A stretch of DNA of 64,000 nucleotides. Source: an uncultured Alphaproteobacteria bacterium (GTDB lineage: Bacteria > Pseudomonadota > Alphaproteobacteria > Rhodobacterales > Rhodobacteraceae). The position numbers were made by a program, and so were the translations under genes. Below, piece after piece: positions 20,154 to 31,296 of the stretch; position 1 is the first letter of the stretch, and each line of letters starts with the position of its first letter. Location: positions 602,448 to 666,447 of the forward strand of contig CAWKBV010000001.1 in assembly GCA_963847935.1 (NCBI GenBank), written 5' to 3'. The notes beneath the pieces are model-generated. The model was not told where the DNA came from. It worked only from the letters and a program-made list of their open reading frames with translations, and did not search any database.

Positions 20154-21485
20154 TTACCAGTTGTCTTTAAACCATTTCATCGCCCTGCGCAGGGAACGGG
20201 CCGGGTAACGCTCGGCCGGAATCTCGAAATCCCACCACTCGTCCTGCGGGTGGGCGGCGAAAAGACAAAGCCCGACGGTTGAACCGAACGACGGGCCAGT
20301 CGCCGCCTGCGGCAACCCCTGAACGCGAAGCGGACGGCCGAGTCGCACGTTCTGGCCGAGGATTCGCGCCGCCAGCATGTCGAGGCCGGGGATCTGGCTT
20401 GCGCCCCCGGTCAGCACGATCTGCTGGCTCGGCAACTGGTCGAATCCGGCGGCATCGAGGACCGTGCGCACCTCTTCGAGGATCTCCTCGACGCGCGGCC
20501 GCATGATGCCGATCAGCTCGGTCCGGCTGACCTTCCTGCGATCCTTTTCCCAATCGCCGCAATCCGCGCCGATCTCGATCATCTCGCGGTCGTCCATGCC
20601 GGTGGCGTGAATGCCGCCATGCATGGTCTTGATCCGTTCCGCCACCGCCATCGGCACCCTGAGGCCCTTGGAAATGTCCGAGGTCACATGATCGCCGCCA
20701 AGCCGCACGCAATCGGCAAAGATCATGTGCTTCTTGAAGAAGATCGATATGCCGGTCGCGCCGCCACCCATGTCGATGCAGGCCGCGCCAAGCTCCTGCT
20801 CGTCCTCGACAAGGCTCGCAAGGCCCGAGACATAGGCCGACGAGGCGATGCCCGCGATCTCCAGATCGCACCGCTTGATACAATAGAGCAGGTTCTGCAC
20901 GGCCGCCGTGTCGATCGTCAGCAGGTGCATGTCGGCGGCAAGTCGCGTTCCGACATGACCGCGCGGATCGCCGAAACCGGACCGGTGATCGATGGCGAAG
21001 TTCACCGGATGGGCATGCAGCACCTCGCGCCCCTGCCCGAAATCCGGCACGTCGCAGGCGGCGAGTACACGCGCCACGTCCTGCTCGCTGACCTGCCCCT
21101 CTTCGAGACGAATTTCCCCCGCCAGTCCGTAACTGCGGGGCTGCGCGCCCGAGAAACACGCGATGACGTGATCGACCCGCGTCTGCGCCATCTTCTGCGC
21201 GGCCTGAACGGCGGTACGGATCGCGCGTTCCGTCTCCTGCATCGCGTCGATCTCGCCGAAGCGCACCCCTCTCGACCGCGTCGTCGCAGCCCCGATCACC
21301 CGGAACTGCAATTGCCCCGCCAGCGAACCAAGCCCGTCCTCGCGGATATTCTCGCTCGGGTCGAACTTCAGGACGAGGCAGGCGATCTTCGACGTGCCGA
21401 CATCGAGCACCGCGACAAGTCCGCGTTGAAGCGCGGCCCGCCGCATGTTCCGCATCGCCCTCTGGGACTGGTAAAGATCGGTCAT
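20154..21485 (-). CDS. ftsA: cell division protein FtsA
   Basis: ATG at 21485 ('MTDLYQSQ'). Actin-like ATPase motifs 'VLDVGTSKI' and 'IDMGGGATGIS'. Confidence 0.95.
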   Translation of the reverse strand: MTDLYQSQRAMRNMRRAALQRGLVAVLDVGTSKIACLVLKFDPSENIREDGLGSLAGQLQFRVIGAATTRSRGVRFGEIDAMQETERAIRTAVQAAQKMAQTRVDHVIACFSGAQPRSYGLAGEIRLEEGQVSEQDVARVLAACDVPDFGQGREVLHAHPVNFAIDHRSGFGDPRGHVGTRLAADMHLLTIDTAAVQNLLYCIKRCDLEIAGIASSAYVSGLASLVEDEQELGAACIDMGGGATGISIFFKKHMIFADCVRLGGDHVTSDISKGLRVPMAVAERIKTMHGGIHATGMDDREMIEIGADCGDWEKDRRKVSRTELIGIMRPRVEEILEEVRTVLDAAGFDQLPSQQIVLTGGASQIPGLDMLAARILGQNVRLGRPLRVQGLPQAATGPSFGSTVGLCLFAAHPQDEWWDFEIPAERYPARSLRRAMKWFKDNW

Positions 21486-22399
21486 TGTGCGGCCACTCCG
21501 GTAATCTGACTGGTAAGAAATTCTTCGGCGGCAGTGCCCAGACGAAGCGTCGGACGCTGCGGATTGCGCACGTCCACGAGCGTGATGTCGCGCGCCATCA
21601 TGTCCTGCGCGCTGTCGAGCGCGATGACACGCTGAAGCGCCAGCACCGGATCGTCCTCCGGCAGCAGGATGCGCTGGCCGCGGTCCAGAACCACGTCCCA
21701 GCGCCGGTCGCCGACCCGGACGAGGCCACGGATACGCTTTTCCACCGGCCCCGCGGCGGCGAAAAGGCTCAGCGCCTCGGCGACATGCTGATCGGCCTTG
21801 TCGCCCGCGATCACGGGCAGTTCGGGCCGCGCCGCGCGATCGAGGAGCGTGGCCACCCGGTGCCCAGTATGGTCGAGCATCTGAAGCCCGTAGGCGCTTC
21901 GCCACAGGATCTCGGGCTGCCTTTCGGTCACATGGACCTCAAGCACGCCGCCCTTGCGGATCACCAGATCGGCCGAGGCGACCGCGTCGATCTGCTCGAT
22001 CGTCGCCCGCATCGCCGGCAGGTCCAGCCTGAACGAAGAGACCGGCAGTGCCACTGGCAGCATCGACCGGATCGCCCGTTCTACCGGCCGCGACGCGCCA
22101 TCGACGGCCATCATGCCGATCATGAATTCCGGCCGCTCCTCGATACTGGTGCGCAGATCGGCATAGGTTTTTGCGATCGCCGCGCGGCGGCCCTCGTCCG
22201 ACAACCAGATCGCGACCGCCGAAATCGCCAGCACGCACGGCAGGCCCACCCGCATCGCGAGCCGGAAGCGCGGGGTCAGCCAAAGCCTCTCGATCTTGTA
22301 GGACAGCCGCGACGGGGCGGGATCGCGGCGTTCGCGCCGCGCCTGCTCGCGGTAACGGCGGCTCGCGCCACCAAGCGGTCGCCCGCCTAGCGCCCGCAT
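21482..22399 (-). CDS. ftsQ: cell division protein FtsQ
   Basis: Single TM followed by a POTRA-like region. Stop overlaps the ftsA start. The start is uncertain (ATG at 22399 or TTG at 22426). Confidence 0.85.
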   Translation of the reverse strand: MRALGGRPLGGASRRYREQARRERRDPAPSRLSYKIERLWLTPRFRLAMRVGLPCVLAISAVAIWLSDEGRRAAIAKTYADLRTSIEERPEFMIGMMAVDGASRPVERAIRSMLPVALPVSSFRLDLPAMRATIEQIDAVASADLVIRKGGVLEVHVTERQPEILWRSAYGLQMLDHTGHRVATLLDRAARPELPVIAGDKADQHVAEALSLFAAAGPVEKRIRGLVRVGDRRWDVVLDRGQRILLPEDDPVLALQRVIALDSAQDMMARDITLVDVRNPQRPTLRLGTAAEEFLTSQITGVAAQ

Positions 22400-23310
22400 G
22401 ACGCATCCTCCACGATCCACCTGCAAAGCTCGGGAAAGCCGATCCCGCCGAACGCCGCCTGTTCGTTCGCAAGCGAGGTCGGCGTCATGCCGGGCTGGGT
22501 GTTGATCTCGAGAAGGTAAAGTCCGGCGAGCCCGCGATTGTCATCCCACCGGAAATCGCAGCGGCTGACGCCCCGGCATCCCACGGCACGATGCGCCCGC
22601 AGCGAATAGTCCATGCAGGCATCCGAAATTTCCGCTGGAATATCCGCCGGGCAGACATGCCGGGACGCGCCCGGTGTGTATTTCGCGTGGTAATCGTACC
22701 AGCCCTGCGTCACCAGTTCCGTCACGCAGATCGCATGATCGCCGAACACGGCGCAGGTCAGCTCCCGCCCCGGCACATAGCTTTCCACCAGCATGTGCTC
22801 GGGCATCCCGGGATCGAGCTTCGGCGGCCCGTTCGCCGCCTCGTGCACGATATAGACACCGACGGAAGACCCTTCGTTGTTGGGCTTCACGACATAGGGC
22901 GGCGCCATCACATGCCGCGACTGGATTTCGGAGGCGCAGGCGATCCGGCCTTCGACGACCGGCAGCCCGGCTGCCCGGAACACCTCCTTCGACCGCGTCT
23001 TGTCCATCGCGATCGCCGAGGCGAGCACACCGGAATGGGTGTAGGGAATAGCCATCCATTCCAGCAGCCCCTGAACGCAGCCATCCTCGCCCCAGCGGCC
23101 ATGCAGGGCGTTGAAACAGACATCTGGCTTGATCTCGGCAAGGCGCGCGGCCAGATCGCGGCCGGCATCGACCTCGTCCACCTCGAAACCCGCCTCCCGC
23201 AGGGCGTTGGCGCATTCGCGCCCGCTGGACAGGGACACGTCCCGCTCTGCGGAACGTCCACCCATCAGTACCGCCACTTTGGGGGCTGTCCTGCTCGACA
23301 CACCCGCCAC
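22387..23310 (-). CDS. ddl: D-alanine--D-alanine ligase
   Basis: 307 aa, GTG start. '[16 protein letters not shown]', ATP-grasp fold, 'EINTQPGMT'. Confidence 0.95.
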   Translation of the reverse strand: MAGVSSRTAPKVAVLMGGRSAERDVSLSSGRECANALREAGFEVDEVDAGRDLAARLAEIKPDVCFNALHGRWGEDGCVQGLLEWMAIPYTHSGVLASAIAMDKTRSKEVFRAAGLPVVEGRIACASEIQSRHVMAPPYVVKPNNEGSSVGVYIVHEAANGPPKLDPGMPEHMLVESYVPGRELTCAVFGDHAICVTELVTQGWYDYHAKYTPGASRHVCPADIPAEISDACMDYSLRAHRAVGCRGVSRCDFRWDDNRGLAGLYLLEINTQPGMTPTSLANEQAAFGGIGFPELCRWIVEDASCGR

Positions 23311-23458
23311 GTTTTGCCTTTCAGCCCCGGTTGATCCGGGTTGCTGCGCCCACTGTAGCGGCTTCGACTAAATCGCAAAAGCCCTTTTTCATTCGGCTGT
23401 TGCGGGGACGCCGCGCCTCGCCTATCTCCACCTGAGATTGCGCGAAAGGCCCCCCTCC

Positions 23459-24124
23459 ATGCTCGACTGGCAAAGCCTCGTACGGGAGTTCATCATCCTT
23501 TTCGTGGTCATTGACCCGGTGGGGTCCCTGCCGGTCTTCCTCTACGTCACCGCGAACGTGCCGCGAAGGCTCCATACCCGGCTCGCGATCCGTGCGGTGG
23601 CGGTCGCTGCGCTCGTCCTCCTGGCGTTCCTCGCGGGCGGCCAGATCCTCATGGAATCCATCGGGATGCGCCTCGGCTCCTTCCAGATCGCGGGCGGGAT
23701 CATCCTCTTTCTCTTCGCGCTCACCATGATCTTCGGAGAATCGAAACCGGAATCCGAGATCGAGCAGGCGGAGCGCAACCATCTCGACGGCGCGGTCTTT
23801 CCGCTCGCCATGCCCTCGATCGCCTCGCCGGGCGCCATGCTCGCCGTGGTGATCCTGACCGACAACCACCGCAATTCCTTCGCCGATCAGGCGGTGACGG
23901 CCGGTCTTCTTCTGCTTGTGCTGATCCTGACACTTGGCCTGCTTCTGGCTGCGGCCCGCCTGCACCGGCTTATCGGACGCACCGGCGCCTCGATCATCAG
24001 CCGCGTCATGGGGATCATCCTTGCCACGGTCGCCGTCAACTCGGTGATCGGCGGCCTTTCATCCGTCGGCCTGATCGACGTGCCCGCCCCCGCCGACGCG
24101 CCGCTCAGCGCACCGGCGAACTGA
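23459..24124 (+). CDS. MarC/UPF0056 family integral membrane protein
   Basis: ATG at 23459. About 6 TM segments with 'VIDPVGSLPVFL' near the N-terminus. Opposite strand to the dcw genes. Confidence 0.8.
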   Translation: MLDWQSLVREFIILFVVIDPVGSLPVFLYVTANVPRRLHTRLAIRAVAVAALVLLAFLAGGQILMESIGMRLGSFQIAGGIILFLFALTMIFGESKPESEIEQAERNHLDGAVFPLAMPSIASPGAMLAVVILTDNHRNSFADQAVTAGLLLLVLILTLGLLLAAARLHRLIGRTGASIISRVMGIILATVAVNSVIGGLSSVGLIDVPAPADAPLSAPAN

Positions 24125-25045
24125 TCAGCGCCGCCCCACCCGGATCACTTCCCAGTGCAGGTCATGCCCGCTCGTGGCCTTGACCCGTGTCCGCACCAAT
24201 TCGCCCAGATCCTCGAGATCCGCCGCCGTCGCCGTGCCGGTGTTGATGAGGAAATTCGGATGCTTCGCGCTCATCTCCGCCCCGCCGAGCCGATGCCCCC
24301 GCAGCCCCGCCGCGTCGATCAGCGACCAGGCCTTGAGGTCATGCACATCGTCGGCGCAGCCGGTCGAGGAAAACCCCGCCGGATTGCGGAAGGTGGACCC
24401 GGCGGATCGGTCCCTGACCGGCTGCGACGCGTCGCGCCGGGCCAGTTGATCGGACATTCTCGCTTCAAGCTCCGCCGGATCGCCCGCCGCCCCATCGAGG
24501 ACCGCCTCGACGATCACCGCACCCTCGGGCAGGGTCGAGGAGCGATAGCCGAAGCCCGCCTCGTCCTTGCCGATGGTCCGCACCGCCCCGTCCCGCAACA
24601 CCACCGTGGCCTGAACGAAGTGATCGGCGGTATAGCTGCCATAGCACCCCGCATTCATCCGGACCGCGCCGCCGATCGCGCCGGGAATGGTCCGCAGGAA
24701 GGTCAGGTCCACCCCCGCCTGCGCCGCCCTCCGCGCCACATGCGCATCGAGCGCCGCCGCCCCCGCCGTCATCCGGTTGCCCGCGACCGCGATCCCGTTG
24801 AACCCCCGCCCGAGCCGGATCACCACACCCCCGATGCCGCCATCCCGCACGATGAGGTTCGACCCCACCCCCATCGGAAAGACCGGCACATCGGCGGGGA
24901 GGGCCGCGAGGAACGCCGAGAGATCGTCCCGGTCCGCAGGCTGAAAAAGCCACTCCGCCGGCCCGCCGACACGGAGCCAGGTCAGATCGGCCAAAGGCCG
25001 GTCCGGCGTGAGCGTGCCACGCACGGGGGGAAGCGTCAGGGTCAT
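24125..25045 (-). CDS. murB: UDP-N-acetylenolpyruvoylglucosamine reductase
   Basis: ATG at 25045 ('[10 protein letters not shown]'). '[12 protein letters not shown]' and '[10 protein letters not shown]'. Confidence 0.9.
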   Translation of the reverse strand: MTLTLPPVRGTLTPDRPLADLTWLRVGGPAEWLFQPADRDDLSAFLAALPADVPVFPMGVGSNLIVRDGGIGGVVIRLGRGFNGIAVAGNRMTAGAAALDAHVARRAAQAGVDLTFLRTIPGAIGGAVRMNAGCYGSYTADHFVQATVVLRDGAVRTIGKDEAGFGYRSSTLPEGAVIVEAVLDGAAGDPAELEARMSDQLARRDASQPVRDRSAGSTFRNPAGFSSTGCADDVHDLKAWSLIDAAGLRGHRLGGAEMSAKHPNFLINTGTATAADLEDLGELVRTRVKATSGHDLHWEVIRVGRR

Positions 25046-25287
25046 GGAAGGCTGGTTAATTCGCGAGAGGCAGGGCCGCAAGCCCGAACGGACAGCCCGC
25101 GCCACTCCGCCCGGAATCAAGGCGCGGCACGCGCCGCCGGGCAGCGCCCGACCGCCCCCCGGGCGGGCGCTTCTGCAACGCCGGTTATCCGCACCACCGT
25201 TCGGCGGGGCGGCACCATAAAGCACCCTGAACCACCCGCTGGGCGCCCACCCGCGGTCGGGCACTGCCCTGTGTTGCACCCGCCAAA

Positions 25288-26568
25288 TCAGGGTTTGATC
25301 GCGTCTATCGCGATCTTAACCGCATCGACCATCTTCTTGCTGCCGAAGAGAACCAACCCGGCAGCCAAGGCATAAGGCTTCGTGACCCCGATCAGCGGCA
25401 ACATCGCCGTAGTCGCCCCAACCAATCCGAACCGATAGGCGGAATCCACCAATTCATCGGCATTGGTCCTCGGCCATTCCGTGAACTTGCGAATAAATAG
25501 CCGGGAAAGCTTCTCTGCCTTTTCCGCATCCGAAAGGCTCATTTCAGCCGTCTCGGGAACGAGCGCTCTTAGCCCTTCCACACTCCGATAGAGCGTGGTG
25601 AGCACACCGATTTGCCGCTTTGCCTCATCGGCATCGTCCTCATCACGATAGTTGCGAAGCCGCTGCAATCGCTCAATCTCAAGCGTAATAAGACCCAGAA
25701 CCGCGTCAAATGTTGGCGGTAGTTCAAAGCGATGCGTTGAGAATGCTCGTCGCACCTTCGCGACGTCGGCAGATGCGCCCGCAGGAAGCGCTGCAACCTG
25801 TTGCCCCAGGGCAGGTTCGATGCTGGGGCGGTTGTCCTCCTCGATCTCCCGGATCGCCTCCGCGACCGCCTCCGGCCCCTGCTGCCAAATCTCATCCGAG
25901 ATCAGCGCGACCCTTTCCTGCAAAGACCAAGGCAACGGTTTGCCCGACACCACCCCATCCCACCAGCGCAGCCAAAAGATAAAGGCAGGATCGGCCTCCC
26001 AAATCGCCCTCATCTCTCTATCGGCCTTCTGAAACCAGCCGGGCGCACCAGTTGACCAGAGCGAGGTCTCAAGCAAATCCGCATCGGCTTCCAAGAGGCG
26101 AGCATCTTCCCGCACTTGCGCCCAAATCCCATCTGCGTCTTCCGCCGCGCGCGCCGTGCCATCAACGACACGCGCTACGTCTCCCCTCATGTAGTTCGTG
26201 TCGCTTCTGGCGCCGAAGGCAATATCCGCCGCTCCCAACGTGACATCCGGAATGATGGCTAGCAGGACTTCGCCCGCGTCTCGCGCTAAATTGGAAGCCT
26301 TCTTCATCGCAGCGGAGTTGGGCGGCGGCGAGGGAAGCCGGTCCAACTGATGGACAAGTCCGGTAGCGACCCCCGTAAGATTGAGACGCTGGAGCGGAAG
26401 CGACGTCAGATCATTCTTGAGCGCCCAGCCGTCCCGCATCGCCCGGCCATAGAGGGGAAGAACGCGGCACACAGTCCTTTGTGAAATTACAACCGGCTCA
26501 TGAGGTGCACGCCACTGCACCCACCCTTGCAGACTCTCTTCGTCCCGTATCTCGTCCGCCTTCACCAT
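25288..26568 (-). CDS. hypothetical protein (426-aa orphan, atypical composition, C-terminal hydrophobic hairpin)
   Basis: ATG at 26568 ('[11 protein letters not shown]'). Many A/T-ending codons. Hand-counted lines are mostly 48-58% GC. C-terminus '[30 protein letters not shown]'. No family recognised. Confidence 0.55.
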   Translation of the reverse strand: MVKADEIRDEESLQGWVQWRAPHEPVVISQRTVCRVLPLYGRAMRDGWALKNDLTSLPLQRLNLTGVATGLVHQLDRLPSPPPNSAAMKKASNLARDAGEVLLAIIPDVTLGAADIAFGARSDTNYMRGDVARVVDGTARAAEDADGIWAQVREDARLLEADADLLETSLWSTGAPGWFQKADREMRAIWEADPAFIFWLRWWDGVVSGKPLPWSLQERVALISDEIWQQGPEAVAEAIREIEEDNRPSIEPALGQQVAALPAGASADVAKVRRAFSTHRFELPPTFDAVLGLITLEIERLQRLRNYRDEDDADEAKRQIGVLTTLYRSVEGLRALVPETAEMSLSDAEKAEKLSRLFIRKFTEWPRTNADELVDSAYRFGLVGATTAMLPLIGVTKPYALAAGLVLFGSKKMVDAVKIAIDAIKP

Positions 26569-26615
26569 CCCCCGCACTCTCCCCGAAACCCCTCGCCCCA
26601 GCAAGCGGAACGCGT

Positions 26616-26659
26616 CTGTACGTCCGGTGTACGGGATGTGCACGCCCGGTGCACGCCTC
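26616..26659. repeat. four tandem, exactly phased 11-bp direct repeats (consensus GTGYACGYCCG)
   Basis: CTGTACGTCCG / GTGTACGGGAT / GTGCACGCCCG / GTGCACGCCTC at 26616, 26627, 26638 and 26649. They lie 48-91 nt upstream of the orphan start. Confidence 0.6.
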
Positions 26660-26666
26660 CGAACGC

Positions 26667-26915
26667 TCAGATTCGGCGCCTGCCCCGCACCCGCCGCCAG
26701 AGGTGGATGAGCGGCCAGCGCAGGATCGAGGCTCCGGCGCCGAGCACGATCAGGCCGATCCAAGGGCCGTTCTGAAGCGTCACCCAGCCAAGGATCGGAA
26801 TGCCGAAGCCGATCAGCCAATAGGCCGCGCGCCAGTGCTTGTCGCGCGACGGCAGGACCGCGATCAGCGTCGCGGCGATGGCCCAGAGGCAGGCGAGGAC
26901 GATCGAGCCATTCAT
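26667..26915 (-). CDS. DUF2484 family small membrane protein
   Basis: 82 aa, 3 TM, basic C-terminus. Paralogous to the next gene. From memory, such pairs occur between murC and murB in Rhodobacterales. Confidence 0.65.
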   Translation of the reverse strand: MNGSIVLACLWAIAATLIAVLPSRDKHWRAAYWLIGFGIPILGWVTLQNGPWIGLIVLGAGASILRWPLIHLWRRVRGRRRI

Positions 26916-27181
26916 GCCCTCTCATCCTCCTCGGGCCGCTTCGGATGCTGACCCATCGCGCGTTTTGCAAGGTAAATCAATGGCCTGCGGAACATCGAGA
27001 GAAAGACCGCGAAAATGCCGAGGCCCGCCCAGATGCCGTAGGTCATGGAAAGCGAGACGATCAGAACCGGCACCAGGCCGAGCAGGACCAAGCCGGGCGC
27101 ATATTGCCGCCGCATCGGCAGAAGCGCCACGATGGCGGCCCCAAGCACCCAGAGGCAGGCCGTTATGCCAGCCCAGCTCAT
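26912..27181 (-). CDS. DUF2484 family small membrane protein
   Basis: 89 aa. '[15 protein letters not shown]' parallels 'ACLWAIAATLIAVLP' of the neighbouring gene. Overlapping stop/start with murC and with the paralog. Confidence 0.65.
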   Translation of the reverse strand: MSWAGITACLWVLGAAIVALLPMRRQYAPGLVLLGLVPVLIVSLSMTYGIWAGLGIFAVFLSMFRRPLIYLAKRAMGQHPKRPEEDERA

Positions 27182-28590
27182 GCGCCGAGTCGCGCCGGAA
27201 GGGCGTTTGCCCAGGTGGATATGGTGCCTGCGCCAAGGCAGACCACAATATCTCCGGGCTTTGCCTGTTCCTTGACCATCCGCGCGAGATCCGCCTCATC
27301 CAGAATGGCCCGCACATGGCGGTGGCCGTGGCGGATCAGGCCGGCGACCAGATCGTCGCGGCTCGCACCGGGGATCGGGTCCTCGCCCGCGGCATAGACC
27401 TCGGCGATGGCGACCACGTCCGCCTCGTTGAAGCAGGTGCAGAAGTCCTCGAAAAGATTGGACAATCTGGAATAGCGGTGGGGCTGGTGGGCGGCAATCA
27501 CGCGGGCGCCGGGGTTGCCCTCCACCGCCTGCCGCGCGGCCTTGAGGACGGCGGCGATCTCGACCGGGTGGTGGCCATAGTCGTCGATGATGGTGACGCC
27601 GCTCAGCACTTCGCCAACCTTGGTGAAGCGCCGGTTGACGCCGCCAAAATTGGCCAGCGCCTCGCGGATCTCGTCCTTCTTCATGCCAAGGTGCCGGGCC
27701 ACCGCGACGGCGGCCAAGGCATTGGAAACGTTATGATCCCCCGGCATCGGCAGGGTGCAGCCCTCGATCATCTGGCCCTCGGCCGAAAGCGCGATATCGA
27801 AATGCGCGACCCCGGCCTTGTACTTCAGATTGACCGCCCGGACGTCCGCCTGTGCGTTGAAGCCGAAGGTCACGACACGCCGGTCGGTGACGCGCCCGAC
27901 CAGCGCCTGAACCTCCGGATGATCGGTGCAGCAGACCGCGAGGCCGTAGAACGGGATGTTGCTGACGAAGTCGTAGAACCCGTTGCGCAAATTCTCGATC
28001 GTGCCCCAGTGCTCCATATGCTCAGGGTCGATGTTGGTCACGATGGCGATGGTCGCGGGCAGGCGGTTGAAGCTGCCGTCGCTCTCGTCCGCCTCGACGA
28101 CCATCCACTCGCCGGCACCCGCGCGGGCGTTCGAGCCATAGGCGTGGATGATGCCGCCATTGATGACGGTCGGATCGAAGCCACCCTTGTCGAGCAGTGT
28201 CGCCACCATCGTCGTCGTCGTCGTCTTGCCGTGCGTCCCGCCGATGGCGACGTTCGAGCGAAGCCGCATCAGTTCCGCAAGCATCTCGGCCCGCCGCACC
28301 ACCGGCAGGCCGCGCTTGCGCGCCTCTTCCAGTTCCGGGTTGCCTTTCTTGATGGCCGAGGAAACCACCACCACCGCCGCATCGCCGATATTCTCGGCGC
28401 TCTGCCCTTCGAAGAACATCGCGCCCAGCTTGACCAGCCGTTCGGTGATCTTCGACGCTTTCGCATCCGATCCCTGCACCGGGTAGCCAAGCGTGATGAG
28501 AACCTCCGCGATGCCCGACATCCCGATGCCGCCTATCCCGACGAAATGGATGGGGCCAAGCTCTCCGGGCAGTTTGGTGGCGGCGTTCAT
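27178..28590 (-). CDS. murC: UDP-N-acetylmuramate--L-alanine ligase
   Basis: 470 aa with '[18 protein letters not shown]' and 'GTHGKTTTT'. Confidence 0.95.
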   Translation of the reverse strand: MNAATKLPGELGPIHFVGIGGIGMSGIAEVLITLGYPVQGSDAKASKITERLVKLGAMFFEGQSAENIGDAAVVVVSSAIKKGNPELEEARKRGLPVVRRAEMLAELMRLRSNVAIGGTHGKTTTTTMVATLLDKGGFDPTVINGGIIHAYGSNARAGAGEWMVVEADESDGSFNRLPATIAIVTNIDPEHMEHWGTIENLRNGFYDFVSNIPFYGLAVCCTDHPEVQALVGRVTDRRVVTFGFNAQADVRAVNLKYKAGVAHFDIALSAEGQMIEGCTLPMPGDHNVSNALAAVAVARHLGMKKDEIREALANFGGVNRRFTKVGEVLSGVTIIDDYGHHPVEIAAVLKAARQAVEGNPGARVIAAHQPHRYSRLSNLFEDFCTCFNEADVVAIAEVYAAGEDPIPGASRDDLVAGLIRHGHRHVRAILDEADLARMVKEQAKPGDIVVCLGAGTISTWANALPARLGA

Positions 28591-29684
28591 GCGGTCTTTC
28601 TTTCGGTCAGGTTGAGGACCATCTCGACAAGGCGGTCCGTCGCGTCGGGCGTCCCGTAGCCAAGCGCGGATTGCGCCATGCGCGTCGCGGCTTTGGGGTT
28701 CTCAAGGATTGCGGCGACATGCCCCGTGAGCGTAGCGGCGTCAAGCCGGGATTCCGGGATGAGGACGGCTGCCTCGGCGTCAACGAGGCCTCGGGCATTT
28801 GCCGTCTGGTGATCGTTCGCCGCGGCGGCGTAGGGGATAAGGATCGCAGGCCGCCCGACGATGGAGATATCGGCGACGGAAGATGCGCCGGAGCGCGAGA
28901 TCACCAGTTGCGCCTCGCTCAGGCGGCGGGGAATATCGGTGAAGAAGGGTGCAACCTCGGCCCGGATGCCGGCTTTCGCGTAGGCCGCAACGACGCGGGC
29001 CTGATCCTCGGCGCGCGCCTGATGGGCGACTTGGACATTGGCGCGCAGGGCCTCGGGCAGCGCCGCCAGCGCCTCGGGCACCATGTCCGAAAGGATGCGC
29101 GCGCCCTGCGAGCCGCCGATGACGAGGACGTTCATCGGGTAATCGCCGGGCGGGATGTAGGGTGCGCCGAAGCGTTCGAGGATGGCGGCGCGGACAGGAT
29201 TGCCGGTGAAAGTACCCTTCGCCCCCTGCGGCAGGTCGGTCGGCCAGGTGCCACAGGCGATGGCGTCGACGCGCTTGGCGAAAAGGCTGTTGACCGTCCC
29301 GAGGACGCCGTTCTGTTCATGGATCATGCGCGGGATGCGCAGCAACGTCGCGGCCGACAGCGCGGGGATCGTCGGATACCCGCCGAAACCGACCACGGCG
29401 GCGGGCCGGTCGCGCCGCATCGCGGCCACCGCACCTACGATACCGCCCGCGATGCGGAACGGGACCAGAGCTTTCGCCGCGATCCCGCCGCGCGCGAAGG
29501 TGGCTGAGGCGACCTCCTCGATCACCACCACCTTCGGAAAGGCTCCGGCATAGCGGGCGCCCCGCGCATCGGTTGACAGCTTCACCCGCCAGCCACCTGC
29601 CACCATCATCTCGGCCAGCGCCTGAGCAGGGAACATATGCCCCCCGGTCCCGCCGGCGGCGATAAGCAGCAGCGGGGCGGCCAT
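28587..29684 (-). CDS. murG: UDP-N-acetylglucosamine--N-acetylmuramyl-(pentapeptide) pyrophosphoryl-undecaprenol GlcNAc transferase
   Basis: 365 aa, '[16 protein letters not shown]', GT28 family. Confidence 0.95.
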   Translation of the reverse strand: MAAPLLLIAAGGTGGHMFPAQALAEMMVAGGWRVKLSTDARGARYAGAFPKVVVIEEVASATFARGGIAAKALVPFRIAGGIVGAVAAMRRDRPAAVVGFGGYPTIPALSAATLLRIPRMIHEQNGVLGTVNSLFAKRVDAIACGTWPTDLPQGAKGTFTGNPVRAAILERFGAPYIPPGDYPMNVLVIGGSQGARILSDMVPEALAALPEALRANVQVAHQARAEDQARVVAAYAKAGIRAEVAPFFTDIPRRLSEAQLVISRSGASSVADISIVGRPAILIPYAAAANDHQTANARGLVDAEAAVLIPESRLDAATLTGHVAAILENPKAATRMAQSALGYGTPDATDRLVEMVLNLTERKTA

Positions 29685-30850
29685 TACCGCCCCCGCTTGA
29701 TGAGGTAGTCCCCGAGCTTCCCCTGCGGCCGCGACCGCGTCAGCGCCAGTAGCATCCCGAGCGCGATACCCGAAGCGATGACCGACGACCCGCCGTAGCT
29801 CACGAAGGGCAGCGTCATGCCCTTGGCGGGCAGAAGCCGGACCGCAACGCCCATGTTGATAAGCGCCTGAACACCGAACGCGCAGGCGAGACCGGCACCC
29901 GCGAGGCGGATGAAGGGATCACGCTCCCGCATCAGACGGAACAGCGAGCGGCCAGTAATCGTAGCATAGAGTGCTATGATGACGAGCACGAGGATCAGCC
30001 CGTATTCCTCGGCCGCGACGGCGATGATGAAGTCGGTATGGGCGTCCGGCAGCGACCATTTCACCGTGCCTTCGCCCACGCCCACGCCGAAGAAACCGCC
30101 GGACTGGATCGCGTCGGTCGCATAGCCAATCTGGGTGCGCGGATCCACCTCGGAGGACAGGAAGCCGTCGATCCGGCGCGCGAAATGCTCGGACGCGTCA
30201 TAAGCGGCCATGCCGCCCGCCACGACGATCCCGCCTATCACGGTCAGAAGCGTGATCGGCGCACCGGCGACGAAATACATGACGCCCCAGGCGAACATCA
30301 CGAGGCTCGCCTGCCCGAAATCCGGCTGGAAGGCAAGGAAGAGAACCACCGTCACCGCGATGAAGAAGGAATAGAGGCGGCCGGGCGGGCCGTTGATCTC
30401 TTGCGCCGCAGCCATGAGCCAGGCGCACATGATGACGAAACAAGGCTTGAGGAATTCCGAGGGCTGGAAGCTCGCGAATCCCAGCGAATACCAGCGCGTT
30501 GCGCCCTTGCCGAAATCGGTGCCGAAGATCGGCAGAAGCATCATCGCCACCATCGAGAGCAGGAAGCCCAGAACCCCCATTCGGCGCACCATGTCGGGCG
30601 ACATCATCGAGATCAGGACCATCGCGAAAAGCCCCACCCCGCCGAAGAACGCCTGCCGCGTAACATAGTAGAAGGGCGGCAGCCCGTTCTTCTCCGCGAG
30701 CGGCACCGACGCCGCGAGGCCGAGGAGAAGACCGATGCCGAAGAGCACCAGAACGCCGGCCAGCGACCAGCGATCAATCGTGCGCCACCAACGGGGAAGG
30801 ACCGGCTCGCCCGCACGCACGGGCATGGTGCCGAACACCATTTCAGTCAT
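29684..30850 (-). CDS. ftsW: SEDS-family peptidoglycan polymerase FtsW
   Basis: 388 aa, about 10 TM, '[17 protein letters not shown]'. Confidence 0.9.
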   Translation of the reverse strand: MTEMVFGTMPVRAGEPVLPRWWRTIDRWSLAGVLVLFGIGLLLGLAASVPLAEKNGLPPFYYVTRQAFFGGVGLFAMVLISMMSPDMVRRMGVLGFLLSMVAMMLLPIFGTDFGKGATRWYSLGFASFQPSEFLKPCFVIMCAWLMAAAQEINGPPGRLYSFFIAVTVVLFLAFQPDFGQASLVMFAWGVMYFVAGAPITLLTVIGGIVVAGGMAAYDASEHFARRIDGFLSSEVDPRTQIGYATDAIQSGGFFGVGVGEGTVKWSLPDAHTDFIIAVAAEEYGLILVLVIIALYATITGRSLFRLMRERDPFIRLAGAGLACAFGVQALINMGVAVRLLPAKGMTLPFVSYGGSSVIASGIALGMLLALTRSRPQGKLGDYLIKRGR

Positions 30851-31296
30851 GGGACTACCGCTCTCACTGCCTCAACTCGCCCGTTTGCCGGGTCTGGGGC
30901 GGACTGTAGCGCGGATTACCGTGCGGTGCTAGGAAAACCTCGCCGCGCGGGGGCGATCGATGCGCGCCTTTCCTCCGCGACCGGCGCTCGAAAACATGGC
31001 GACCAGCGCGCTTCGCGCGCGTCGAAATGACCTTCGCAGAGCGTATTGAAAAGGGCGGCGTGCCGATAGGTCGCTGGTGGACCGCGACGTCCATGCACGG
31101 GAGGCGCGCCCAAGGGTGAAGCGCCCCTGCAAATGGGACAGAAGCTCGACTGCCGTTGCGTTGGCTGCGGCGTGAAATCGGGAAAACCGCCGCATTCTTC
31201 GTACCATTGCGCCCGATTGACATGCAGGGGCGGATTCCCGGTCAGAACGCGCAGCCTTGCCGCTTCGTTCCGTGCATTGACAATTTCGCGGTCTTT

